Of a stretch of 64,000 nucleotides of DNA, positions 51,129-59,871 are shown piece after piece (within the stretch, counting starts at the first letter, position 1; each line of letters starts with the position of its first letter). Under the pieces are notes generated by a model. The model had not been told where the DNA came from. It saw only the letters and a list, made by a program, of their open reading frames with translations, and did not search any database. The DNA is from an uncultured bacterium. GTDB taxonomy: Bacteria > Desulfobacterota_D > UBA1144 > Nemesobacterales > UBA2774. The stretch spans positions 992,001 through 1,056,000 of the forward strand of contig CAWGRW010000009.1 of assembly GCA_963825135.1 (NCBI GenBank), written 5' to 3'. The translations under genes were made by a program, and so were the position numbers.

Positions 51129-52558
51129 ATGTCGACACCAAAACCCGTTTTCGTCATTCCGACATACCGTCTGCGCGATGTCGCTGAAACGGTCGAGGCG
51201 TACGACCAGCACTTCCGGCGCAACGGCCATTCCCTCGACTTGATAGTTTTCGACGATTCCAGCGGTGCGAACCAGCAGAAGTACTATCCTCTCCTCGAAC
51301 AAACACGGACGCACAACCCGCTCTATTATGTCGGACCGAAGCAGAAAGAAGAGTTCTTGCATTACTTCTTCGGACGGCTGCGGGACCGCAAGCTGGAACC
51401 GCTGATCCGCAATCTGTTTCGCCCGAGCTACGGCGGGAACCGCAACTATACGCTGATGTACACGCTCGGCGATTTCATGGTCAGCGCCGATGACGATATG
51501 AGACCGATGGCCCTCATGGAGGATAGTCCCGAGACGTTGGAGGATAACGAGGTCTGCCGAGGTAAATTGATGCGTGCCGACTCCGGCGGGTTCACCGAGA
51601 AATCGTTCGACATTCTGGCCGCGTTTTTGGACGTTCTCGGCAAGCCGGTGCGGGATATCCCCGCCAACCACGAACGCGGCGAACTGCTAATGGACACTGC
51701 GATGGACTTAGAGACCAACACAAGCAGAGGGTTTGCGCGAGAAAACTCTCTCCTCCTGCAGACCGGAACGATCCCCGACACAGCCATTGTCAAGATGGCC
51801 CAGACGTTCCGGTCAGGGACCAACGACATCGACGCGCTCGATTTTGTCGAGATGTTCCTGGAGGACCCCACGCAGGTCCACCTCGACGACCTGAACGAGC
51901 TTTATGTACTGGTCAACTTCCGGCCGGCAGTCACGAAGCAGAACTGGCGTATGGACTGTGGAGTGGCAGCATACGACAACGAGTTCGGCTGCCGCCGTTC
52001 TTCCCGACTCGGCTCCGGTTCGAGGATTACATTTATCGGTTGTGGATTCAGCAAGACGGACTGGCGTCGGCGCACGTCGATGCAGCCCAACGCCACATCA
52101 AAAACAACTACATGCGAAATCCGCTGGCGGCGGAAGTTTTCAACGAAGAAGTCGCCAACCTCCTCAAGCGCAAGATCAAAGACAGCGTGTCGAATCGGGA
52201 CGAATTGAGCATCTCGTTCGACTACGACGGCGACGTAACTACCGAGGACAGTGAGGGCATCCTGGAGCTGATTACCGGGCTCCACGGTCGTATCTTGGCC
52301 GCCCAGACGGAAGCCGGGCCGGAACGCAGCCAGGCTCTCCAGTCGTTCGCAATCAGCCTGGAGCGCAGCTTCTATGGCTTTGAGCCTGACTTTTTTCAGC
52401 AAAACCTGATCCGCATTACCGACGACGTGATCAGCCAGTTCAAAGGATCGTTAGAACTCTGGCCCGCGCTTGTGGAAATCTGCTATCTGCGGAAGCACCG
52501 GGTGGGTTTGCCGCACCAAAGGGTTAAGAACCAGACCCGAGTAAAAGATGTTATTTAG
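51129..52558 (+). pseudogene. Uncharacterised GT-A-like protein of about 476 aa with one frameshift near 51989; pseudogene or sequencing error
   Basis: GAGGAG RBS; FVIPTYR, VFDDS, GGNRN, SADDD; adding one base gives continuous FGLPPFFPTRLRFEDYIYRLWIQQ. Confidence 0.75.
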
Positions 52559-52615
52559 CCGCAACATAATGTATAGCAGAGTGAATTAGTTTTACTAAGT
52601 CGGCTATCATCCATC

Positions 52616-52711
52616 ATGTTCGACGATAAATTTCAGCACACCAAAATCGAAACCTCGGGCGCTCTGATCAACCTCGTCCACGGGGGAAGGGGCAAGCCTC
52701 TTCTTCTCCTC
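52616..52711 (+). repeat. Truncated diverged duplicate of the 5' end of the hydrolase gene at 53288
   Basis: [32 protein letters not shown]; 28 nt identical (52641-52668 = 53313-53340). Confidence 0.93.
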
Positions 52712-52773
52712 ACCATCACCTCATATCTAAAGCCTTACTGTACAAGTCCCTCGACAGTGATGTAATCTGGTAA
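52707..52773 (+). repeat. Degenerate copy 3 of a comM 3' end
   Basis: 52717-52757 matches 50040-50080 at 32/41 nt ungapped (hand count), including 12 identical nt GTCCCTCGACAG; reads HLISKALLYKSLDSDVIW*. Confidence 0.85.
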
Positions 52774-52803
52774 TAAAGTTGATTGGGGCTTCAGATATTG
52801 AAC

Positions 52804-53253
52804 ATGACCGAATCAGAATTAAAAAAACTGTTAGTAAACAAGCTGCCCGGCGTAGATAACCACGGCGAGGTGGTGGAAGAAATTGGAGAAGGCAGCGTCC
52901 GCATCCGCCTGCCGTTTAAAGAGGAGTATATGGGCGAGGACATCTGGGGAAAATCGGGCTCCAGGGTCTTCTCCGGCCCTGTAACAATGGGTCTCGCCGA
53001 CACCTCCATGTATGCGTGCGTCCTGTCCGCGTTCGGGCAGGGAGTAATCCCGGTCATCGTTACCCTAACAATAAATTTCCTGAGCCCCGTAAAAGCGGCC
53101 GATCTTGTTGCGGAATCGAGAATTATAAGACGTGGAAAAAACCTGGTATATCTGGAGACATATCTCTTTAGCAACAGTATTCAGAAACCCGTCGCGCATA
53201 TAACCTCGACTTATGCAATACGTGACAGGGAAAGAGCCGATGTTGGTGATTGA
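52804..53253 (+). CDS. PaaI-family (hotdog fold) thioesterase
   Basis: FSGPVTMGLADT, TLTINFLSP, IIRRGKNL, VAHITSTY. Confidence 0.88.
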   Translation: MTESELKKLLVNKLPGVDNHGEVVEEIGEGSVRIRLPFKEEYMGEDIWGKSGSRVFSGPVTMGLADTSMYACVLSAFGQGVIPVIVTLTINFLSPVKAADLVAESRIIRRGKNLVYLETYLFSNSIQKPVAHITSTYAIRDRERADVGD

Positions 53254-53287
53254 AAAAGAGATACTTTGAAATTTCTATTGGAACAAC

Positions 53288-54190
53288 ATGCTCTATAAAA
53301 ATTTTACGCATGCCAAAATCGAAACCTCGGGCGCTCTGATAAACCTCGTACACGGGGGGAAAGGAAAGCCCCTACTTCTGCTGCACGGATACCCGGAGAC
53401 GCACGCGATGTGGCACGCTTACCGCGCCAAGGCTCGCGGAAAGACCTTCCACGTCGTATGCATTGACCTCCGAGGCTACGGCGACAGCTCGAAGCCCGAG
53501 TCCACACCTGACTACTACACTTATTCAAAGCGCGCGATGGCGAAGGATTGCATCGAGGTGATGGAGGCCCTCGGATATAAGAGATTCTTCGTAGCGGGGC
53601 ACGACAGGGGCGCGAAGGGTCACGCACCGGATGGCGCTCGATTATCCGGAGCGCATAGAAGGCCGCCTGCGTCATGGACATCGCCCCCACGCATACGATG
53701 TTCAAGCGCGCCGACAAGGCGTTCGCAACAGGCTACTACCACTGGTTCTTTTTAATCCAGCCCGACGGTCTCCCGGAAAAAATGATCGGGTGCGACCCGG
53801 AATACTATCTGAGAGAGAAGCTAAGGCGGTGGAGTGCGCCGGGAGCGCGGTTCGATGAGAATGCGGTAAGGGAGTACGTGTGGTGCTTCAGCGACCCCGC
53901 CGCCATACACGCGAGCTGCGAGGATTACAGGGCCGCAGCTACAATCGACCTCGTTCACGACGAGGAAGATTTCAGGTAAGAAGATCGCGTGTCCGCTGCT
54001 GGTGCTCTGGGGTGCAAAGGGGTTCATCAACCGGACGTACGATGTAATCGACACGTGGAGGGAAAAAGCCGTAGACGTAAGTGGGAATACGCTCGACTGC
54101 GGCCACTTCCTCCCCGAGGAAAAACCGGACGAAGTATGCGACGAGCTCATTAAATTCTTCTACGTCGATATAACCCTTGGTCAATTCTGA
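53288..54190 (+). pseudogene. Fluoroacetate/haloacetate dehalogenase-like alpha/beta hydrolase with about six +1 insertions
   Basis: [41 protein letters not shown] spread over four ORF-track fragments. Confidence 0.88.
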
Positions 54191-54655
54191 TCGGTAAAGA
54201 AATTCAAGGCCGGAAATAGCCCCCGCGTCCTCCGTCCTGTACCTCAAATATTCCTTTCTCAGAAACTCCTCGAAGCAAGTCTGCGTCTCTATGGCTTCTC
54301 TTTCCGAGTACGCGAACAATACTACGAGGTGGCGGCTCTTCAAAGCGCCGGTCTTCTCGCGAATATATTGATATTCTTTCTCGGATAGCCCGTAGGAAAT
54401 CCCGAACTCGGGAGTTTCATCCGTAGTAAAGAATCCGTGGTTGCTCATTTTCTCGGCGACGGCGTCGCACATGGCTCTCCCGAATCTCTTCGTCTCTTCC
54501 ACATCCTTTCTGAATAGACCGCCTATGAGCGCATATACGCCGCAATAGACCCTGGAATGATTATTCCTGATTATCCTGCATTTTGTATCCGGCAATTCCA
54601 CAAGATAAAGCGGCGATGGAGATATCGCGTTTAAGATAATGTCCTTTACGGTCAC
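53972..54655 (-). CDS. Hypothetical protein resembling the GatE insertion (GAD) domain; 3' end uncertain
   Basis: GAGGAGG RBS before [48 protein letters not shown]. Confidence 0.65.
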   Translation of the reverse strand: MTVKDIILNAISPSPLYLVELPDTKCRIIRNNHSRVYCGVYALIGGLFRKDVEETKRFGRAMCDAVAEKMSNHGFFTTDETPEFGISYGLSEKEYQYIREKTGALKSRHLVVLFAYSEREAIETQTCFEEFLRKEYLRYRTEDAGAISGLEFLYRSELTKGYIDVEEFNELVAYFVRFFLGEEVAAVERIPTYVYGFFPPRVDYIVRPVDEPLCTPEHQQRTRDLLT

Positions 54656-54852
54656 CGGAATTACCTCCTCAGCTTATTCATGCATATGCATATAAATATT
54701 ACACGGGGGAACTTCCGCATGCAAAGCCATTTGACGAGAATGCCGAATAATCCCGCCATGGGGAGCCTCGCAAGGCTTCATTCGGATGGTCTCTAGTATA
54801 ATCGGTCTTATATCCAGTTGTAGAAGGAAAGCTCCAAAAGCCCGCATTCCGA

Positions 54853-55473
54853 TCACCCCTCCCGCTCCCGGTGACTCCCGTACCATTCGAGGGCGTCTTC
54901 GAGCCTGTCGTTGCCCCAGAAGATCTCGCCGCCCGCAACAAAGCTCGGAGCGCCGAAAATGCCTCTTTCAATTGCGTCTTCGGTTGCGCGCCTTAGCTTC
55001 CCCTTATTTTCTTCCGAAAGTGCGGATTGAATAATTCGCTCGGGGTCCTCCTCGAGCGACTCGAGCACGGAGGCAATCACGGCCTCGTCCGATATATCCC
55101 TGTTCTCCGCAAAATTGGCGATGAAAACGAGTTTTGAAAAACGTCGCCGCCACTCGCGGGATTCTGAAGCAAGCGCGACCCTCGAAGCGAGGACCCCGTT
55201 TCTCGGAAATGCTGACGGCTTACGAAATGTAATACCGTATTTGCCGGAGAGACGCTCGACGTCCCGCCACATGTACCTCCCCTTCGCTTCGTAAATGTTA
55301 AATGGCGATGTGTCCCACCCCTGGCTCTTGAAGATAGGGCCCAGGAGAAACGGGCGCCATTCTGTCTCGACGCCTGCCGCCGAAGCCAGACCCTCGATTC
55401 TCATTGCGGAGAGAAAGGAATACGGACTTGCGAAATCATACCAGAACTCGAATTTAACCGGCGTTATCGTCAT
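54853..55473 (-). CDS. 2-hydroxychromene-2-carboxylate isomerase (DsbA/GST-kappa family)
   Basis: FWYDFASPYSFL, PFLLGPIF, GIFGAPSF, FWGNDRL. Confidence 0.92.
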   Translation of the reverse strand: MTITPVKFEFWYDFASPYSFLSAMRIEGLASAAGVETEWRPFLLGPIFKSQGWDTSPFNIYEAKGRYMWRDVERLSGKYGITFRKPSAFPRNGVLASRVALASESREWRRRFSKLVFIANFAENRDISDEAVIASVLESLEEDPERIIQSALSEENKGKLRRATEDAIERGIFGAPSFVAGGEIFWGNDRLEDALEWYGSHREREG

Positions 55474-55579
55474 CCTGGCGTCGCCGAGGAAAGCTGCTGA
55501 TACGAGCTTATCGGCCTCCTCTTTTACGGTGCGGGACCTTCGTTGAGCGGACTATATAATTAATATTTATGTCTCAGGA

Positions 55580-56068
55580 CTAAGCCCTCTGTCCGAGCTG
55601 GCCGTCGAGAAGCAGTATGGCGGAGCTGTTGTCTCCGGCGAATTTGAGCTTGTCCAGTATCTCGGTCGCGTTCTTTTCCTCCTCCACCTGTTCTCTGATA
55701 AACCAGTGGAGCTCGACAGACGTGGCGTGGTCGTTCTCGTTAATCGCTTTTTCGTAGAGCTTGTTAATCATCCCCGTAACCTCTCTTTCATGGTCGAGGA
55801 CCTGCTGGAACATATCGGCGAGCGATTTGTATTTCGTTTGCGGCTTTTCTATCGCCTGAAGGACTATCTGGCCGTCACGGTCGATGACATAATCGAAGAG
55901 CTTCATCGCGTGCCCGAGCTCTTCTGTGCTCTGTTTACGGAGCCACTTAGCAAAACCCCTTAAATTTATAGACTCGCAGTGAGCAGCCATCGAAAGATAC
56001 GTGTATGAAGCGAAATACTCGTTTTTTATCTGATTGTTAAGCGCGTCCTGAATTTCCTTGCTGAGCAT
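55580..56068 (-). CDS. Non-heme ferritin
   Basis: LNNQIKNE, EELGHAMKLFDY, HE..VT..I, WFIREQVEEE. Confidence 0.95.
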   Translation of the reverse strand: MLSKEIQDALNNQIKNEYFASYTYLSMAAHCESINLRGFAKWLRKQSTEELGHAMKLFDYVIDRDGQIVLQAIEKPQTKYKSLADMFQQVLDHEREVTGMINKLYEKAINENDHATSVELHWFIREQVEEEKNATEILDKLKFAGDNSSAILLLDGQLGQRA

Positions 56069-56270
56069 TACAGCCTCCTTGACCGATTATATTGAGCTTG
56101 AGACCCCTTCAGAAACCTGGAATATCTTGTCATTAAAATTATCCCACAATGGATATCTAATTTCAAGTAATTATCATTTGGGAATAATTACCATCTGTTC
56201 CTGGTTAGGTTTGGGGATTGTCCGATCTCTCCGCTTTTGTAATATCCGTGGCTCATTTGGAGGTCTTGAA

Positions 56271-56441
56271 TTACCTCCATTTTCTGGCGACCAGGTAATA
56301 AAAACCGACAAGCCCTCCTATCAGCCAGATGATGACCCCGAGGTTGAGCCTGCTTTTCGCATCGAACCCCAACGGGAGTTCCGACACCATCAAGAGGCAT
56401 AGCGGCGTCCACAGGAGAAAAAATATAAGAAGCCCTTTCAT
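56271..56441 (-). CDS. Small two-TM membrane protein, 56 aa
   Basis: Manual translation MKGLLIFFLLWTPLCLLMVSELPLGFDAKSRLNLGVIIWLIGGLVGFYYLVARKWR; absent from the ORF track. Confidence 0.65.
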   Translation of the reverse strand: MKGLLIFFLLWTPLCLLMVSELPLGFDAKSRLNLGVIIWLIGGLVGFYYLVARKWR

Positions 56442-56538
56442 GCAGGTCGTTTCTTCACTTTTAAGCTGTTTCCAATGATAATACTCGACGTAAGCCGAGT
56501 CTAATTATAAAGCCTCCCTAAATAGATCGGCAAAAAAT

Positions 56539-57822
56539 GTGAACGACAACACAGGCGCGAAGACAAAGAAGAAAGAGATACTGAGCTGGTGTCTCTACGA
56601 CTGGGCGTACTCCTCGTTTGCCACAACCGTCATTTCCGCTGTTTTACCTGTTTATTACAGCCGGGTGGCGGCCGTAGACCTGCCCGGGAACACCGCTACC
56701 GTGTATTGGGGCTACACGACCGTCCTTGCGCTGCTCGTGTCCGTACTGCTGGCCCCGGTGATGGGGGCCGTCGCCGATCATTCGGGAATCAAGAAGCGGC
56801 TGCTCCTCGTATTCGCGGCTATCGGAATATTTTCAACGGCGCTCCTCTACTATGTGACCAGCGGGGACTGGCTCCTGGCATCGCTCTTATTCATCTTCGG
56901 AAACATAGGCTTTTCGATGTCCGAGGTCTTCTACAACTCGATCCTTCCGAGCGTCGCCGGTCCCGAAGAGATCGACGGCGTCTCAGTCAAGGGGTACGCG
57001 CTCGGATACCTTGGGGGAGGGATACTCCTGGCCCTCGACATCGGACTGATAGAAATCATGACGGATAAGACGCTCGCTACACGCATATCTTTTATAACGG
57101 TCTCAGTATGGTGGGCAATATTCACGATCCCCTTCATTCTGAACGTTAGAGAGCCCGCTGCGGCGAAGCGGAAAAAAATTGACGGCAATATACTCACCGC
57201 CGGCTTTAAGAGACTGGCTCTCACGTTCTCGGAGCTCAGAAGATACAAAGACCTCCTTCTCTTTCTCGCCGCATTCTGGATATACAACGACGGTATAGGA
57301 ACGATAAGTAAAATGGCGACAATCTACGGAGCGGAGATCGGGATCAGTCAGGGGGTCCTCATCGGCGCGCTTCTGATGACACAGTTTGTCGGTATCCCGT
57401 TTTCGTTCGCATTCGGAAGACTGGCGGGCAAAATAGGCACGAAGAATTCGATAATGCTGGGGCTCTTCGTTTACACGATCATTTCGGTAGCCGGGTATTT
57501 CATGGAGACGGCGCTCCATTTTTTCATCCTCGCGTTCCTGGTGGGGACGGTCCAGGGAGGAACGCAGGCGTTGAGCAGGTCTCTATACGGGTCGATGCTC
57601 CCGGGCGAGAGAACCGCGGAGTTCTTCGGGTTCTACGGCATGAGCTCGAAGTTTGCGGGTATCATAGGCCCGCTCGTATTCGCTTTGGTCTCTCAGCTGA
57701 CCGGTACGAGCCGTCTCAGCATTTTCTCGCTGATTATCTTCTTTATCACAGGCGCAATCCTGCTTAACCGAGTCGATGTCGACAGGGGCGTTCGCACCGC
57801 CCTCGATAAAAGCCTTGTTTAA
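56539..57822 (+). CDS. MFS transporter (UMF1/Atg22-like)
   Basis: SWCLYDWA.S.F, FYNSILP, GYLGGG, YNDG, QALSRS, EFFGFY. Confidence 0.92.
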   Translation: MNDNTGAKTKKKEILSWCLYDWAYSSFATTVISAVLPVYYSRVAAVDLPGNTATVYWGYTTVLALLVSVLLAPVMGAVADHSGIKKRLLLVFAAIGIFSTALLYYVTSGDWLLASLLFIFGNIGFSMSEVFYNSILPSVAGPEEIDGVSVKGYALGYLGGGILLALDIGLIEIMTDKTLATRISFITVSVWWAIFTIPFILNVREPAAAKRKKIDGNILTAGFKRLALTFSELRRYKDLLLFLAAFWIYNDGIGTISKMATIYGAEIGISQGVLIGALLMTQFVGIPFSFAFGRLAGKIGTKNSIMLGLFVYTIISVAGYFMETALHFFILAFLVGTVQGGTQALSRSLYGSMLPGERTAEFFGFYGMSSKFAGIIGPLVFALVSQLTGTSRLSIFSLIIFFITGAILLNRVDVDRGVRTALDKSLV

Positions 57823-57994
57823 TGGGCTAAGCGCGATTCGGGCTAAAATATCCGCGTTTCAAACCAACGAAAATCTCAATACCCGCAGGTTACTTGCGCA
57901 TGGTTCCGGCCCGTCCGGCGACGAGCGAAAAAGGGCGACGTATCTTGAACAATAAAATGTAACAAACTGTCACTTAAGTATAAAAAAATAATAC

Positions 57995-58024
57995 TTGACA
58001 ATATATTTTTGCATCTGTTAGGAT
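57995..58024 (+). promoter_or_regulatory. Putative sigma70 promoter of dnaA
   Basis: TTGACA-N18-TAGGAT with TG extended -10 and an AT-rich upstream element. Confidence 0.65.
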
Positions 58025-58078
58025 GTAACCTACGGATTTGGGTGGGGCTTAATTCACATACTAAACCTAATTAAATAG

Positions 58079-58110
58079 CTATCCACAAGTTGTTGATGGA
58101 TTGTGGACAA
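58079..58110. promoter_or_regulatory. DnaA boxes upstream of and overlapping the dnaA start
   Basis: CTATCCACA (58079-58087) and TGTGGACAA (58102-58110), opposed. Confidence 0.8.
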
Positions 58111-59641
58111 GTTGTCTTTCGATTTGGAGGAGCAGAGGAAATTGGCCGCTAAAAGAACGCCCCTGAAGCATAATCTCAGAACGCTTTTTACAGAAAAAAA
58201 GGATGACGGAAAGGGGCTCGAGTTTTTTATAGGACAGTCTTTCCGTCCCACAAAATCACACCAGAGAAACGAGGACGCCGCCGAAAAGAACATAGACTGG
58301 GACGGTGTTCTCGAAAGAATTAAAAAGAAATCCAACCCCCAGGTATTCTTCTGGTTCGCGCCGCTCAGACCTGTATCCGAAACAGAAGATTCGATCACAC
58401 TCCGGGCGAACAGCGAATTCGACAAAGACTGGATCAACAACCACTATCTCGAATTCATAGGGGACACGATAAGAGAGGTCCATGGAAAAACCTTATCGGT
58501 AATAATAGTTACGGAACAGGACAAATATTCCTCTCAGGAAGATAAAAAAGCGGGAGAAGAGCCCAAAGAATCGAGAGAGTCAGGACCCGGCAAGCTATAT
58601 ACGGGGTTTTTAAACCCGAGCTATTCTTTTGACAGGTTTATCGTCGGGCCGAGCAATCAGTTCGCGCACGCGGCTTCGACCGCGGTTGCAAGGAAACCGG
58701 GCGAAGCCTACAACCCTCTCTTTATTTACGGCGGGGTCGGCCTCGGAAAAACCCACTTGATAAATGCAATCGGCAACTACATCGTAAAAGCGACGTCCAA
58801 CATGGCCAGGGTTTGCTGCATCTCGGCGGAACATTTTACCAACCAGGTCATAAACAGCATCAAGTCAAACAAGATGGAAGAGTTCAGAAACAGGTACAGG
58901 TTCGGGTGCGATATACTCCTGATAGACGATATACAGTTCATCGCCGGGAAAGAGAGCACGCAGGAAGAGTTCTTCCATACGTTCAACACGCTCTACGAAT
59001 CCAAAAAACAAATCGTGCTCACAAGCGATAAGTCTCCGAAGGACATGTCCTACCTCGAGGAAAGGCTGAGGTCGAGGTTCGAGTGGGGTCTCATTACGGA
59101 TATTCAGCCCCCGGAAACGGAGACGAGGATTGCAATAATCAAGAACAAGGTCGAGGCGGGCGGGACTCCGCTGCCGAACGATGTAGCGCTGTACCTCGCT
59201 CAAAACACTACTTCCAACATCAGAGAGCTGGAAGGCACTCTAACGAATATAATCGCCCACGCCAAGCTGCTCAAAACGGAAATTACACTCGACCTAGCGA
59301 AGGAAGTGCTCAGAACCATTCTGAAGCATCAGGACAAAAAGTTCCTGAGCATTGAGAGCATCCAAAGAGAAGTCGCGAATTTTTACAGCTTGAAGGTTCA
59401 GGATATGAAATCCAATAAGAAACAGAAGAACATCTCTCTGCCGAGACAGATTGCGATGTATCTCTCGAGAAGATATACAGGGGCCTCCTATCCGGAGATA
59501 GGGGAGAAGTTTGGCGGAAAGGATCACTCGACCGTCATCCACGCCGTAAAGAAAATAGAACAGAACCTGGGCCAGGACCCGTCGCTTGAAAATACGGTGA
59601 AATCGCTCTCGAGAAAAATCGAGGGTCTCATAAGTGGATAG
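58103..59641 (+). CDS. dnaA: Chromosomal replication initiator DnaA
   Basis: YNPLFIYGGVGLGKTHL, IDDIQF, QEEFFHTFN, RLRSRFEWGL, GGKDHSTVIHA. Confidence 0.98.
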   Translation: MDKLSFDLEEQRKLAAKRTPLKHNLRTLFTEKKDDGKGLEFFIGQSFRPTKSHQRNEDAAEKNIDWDGVLERIKKKSNPQVFFWFAPLRPVSETEDSITLRANSEFDKDWINNHYLEFIGDTIREVHGKTLSVIIVTEQDKYSSQEDKKAGEEPKESRESGPGKLYTGFLNPSYSFDRFIVGPSNQFAHAASTAVARKPGEAYNPLFIYGGVGLGKTHLINAIGNYIVKATSNMARVCCISAEHFTNQVINSIKSNKMEEFRNRYRFGCDILLIDDIQFIAGKESTQEEFFHTFNTLYESKKQIVLTSDKSPKDMSYLEERLRSRFEWGLITDIQPPETETRIAIIKNKVEAGGTPLPNDVALYLAQNTTSNIRELEGTLTNIIAHAKLLKTEITLDLAKEVLRTILKHQDKKFLSIESIQREVANFYSLKVQDMKSNKKQKNISLPRQIAMYLSRRYTGASYPEIGEKFGGKDHSTVIHAVKKIEQNLGQDPSLENTVKSLSRKIEGLISG

Positions 59642-59850
59642 GAAGTGAATAACTATGTCGATAGATTTGTGGACAAGTCGGGAATTCGCGCTTTGAGAAA
59701 AATCCTGTGGGTCGATGTGGATAACTCGCCCTTATCATCAACAGGCTTGTGAACATTAAAATCCTTGTAGTTTAGATGAGTTCGAGTACTTTTCAACAAT
59801 TTCACAGGCCCTACTATTATTACTACTATATATATATAATATGATTCAAT
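59642..59850. other. oriC unwinding region between dnaA and dnaN
   Basis: TGTGGACAA 59668, perfect TGTGGATAA 59716, several degenerate boxes, tandem boxes 59790-59806, GGCCC, CTACTATTATTACTACTA DnaA-trios 59811-59828, then a TA run. Confidence 0.92.
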
Positions 59851-59871
59851 GTATAAGCAGGAGTAGATACT

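Noticed and set aside
56455..56504. Possible fourth comM-end scar (CTCGACgtaAGccgaGTCTAa)
   Set aside because: About 14/21 matches with a poor upstream alignment; not distinguishable from chance by eye
57793..57822. MFS C-terminus ALDKSLV* resembles ComM SLDRSQV*
   Set aside because: About 17/30 nt inside an intact unrelated gene; probably coincidence
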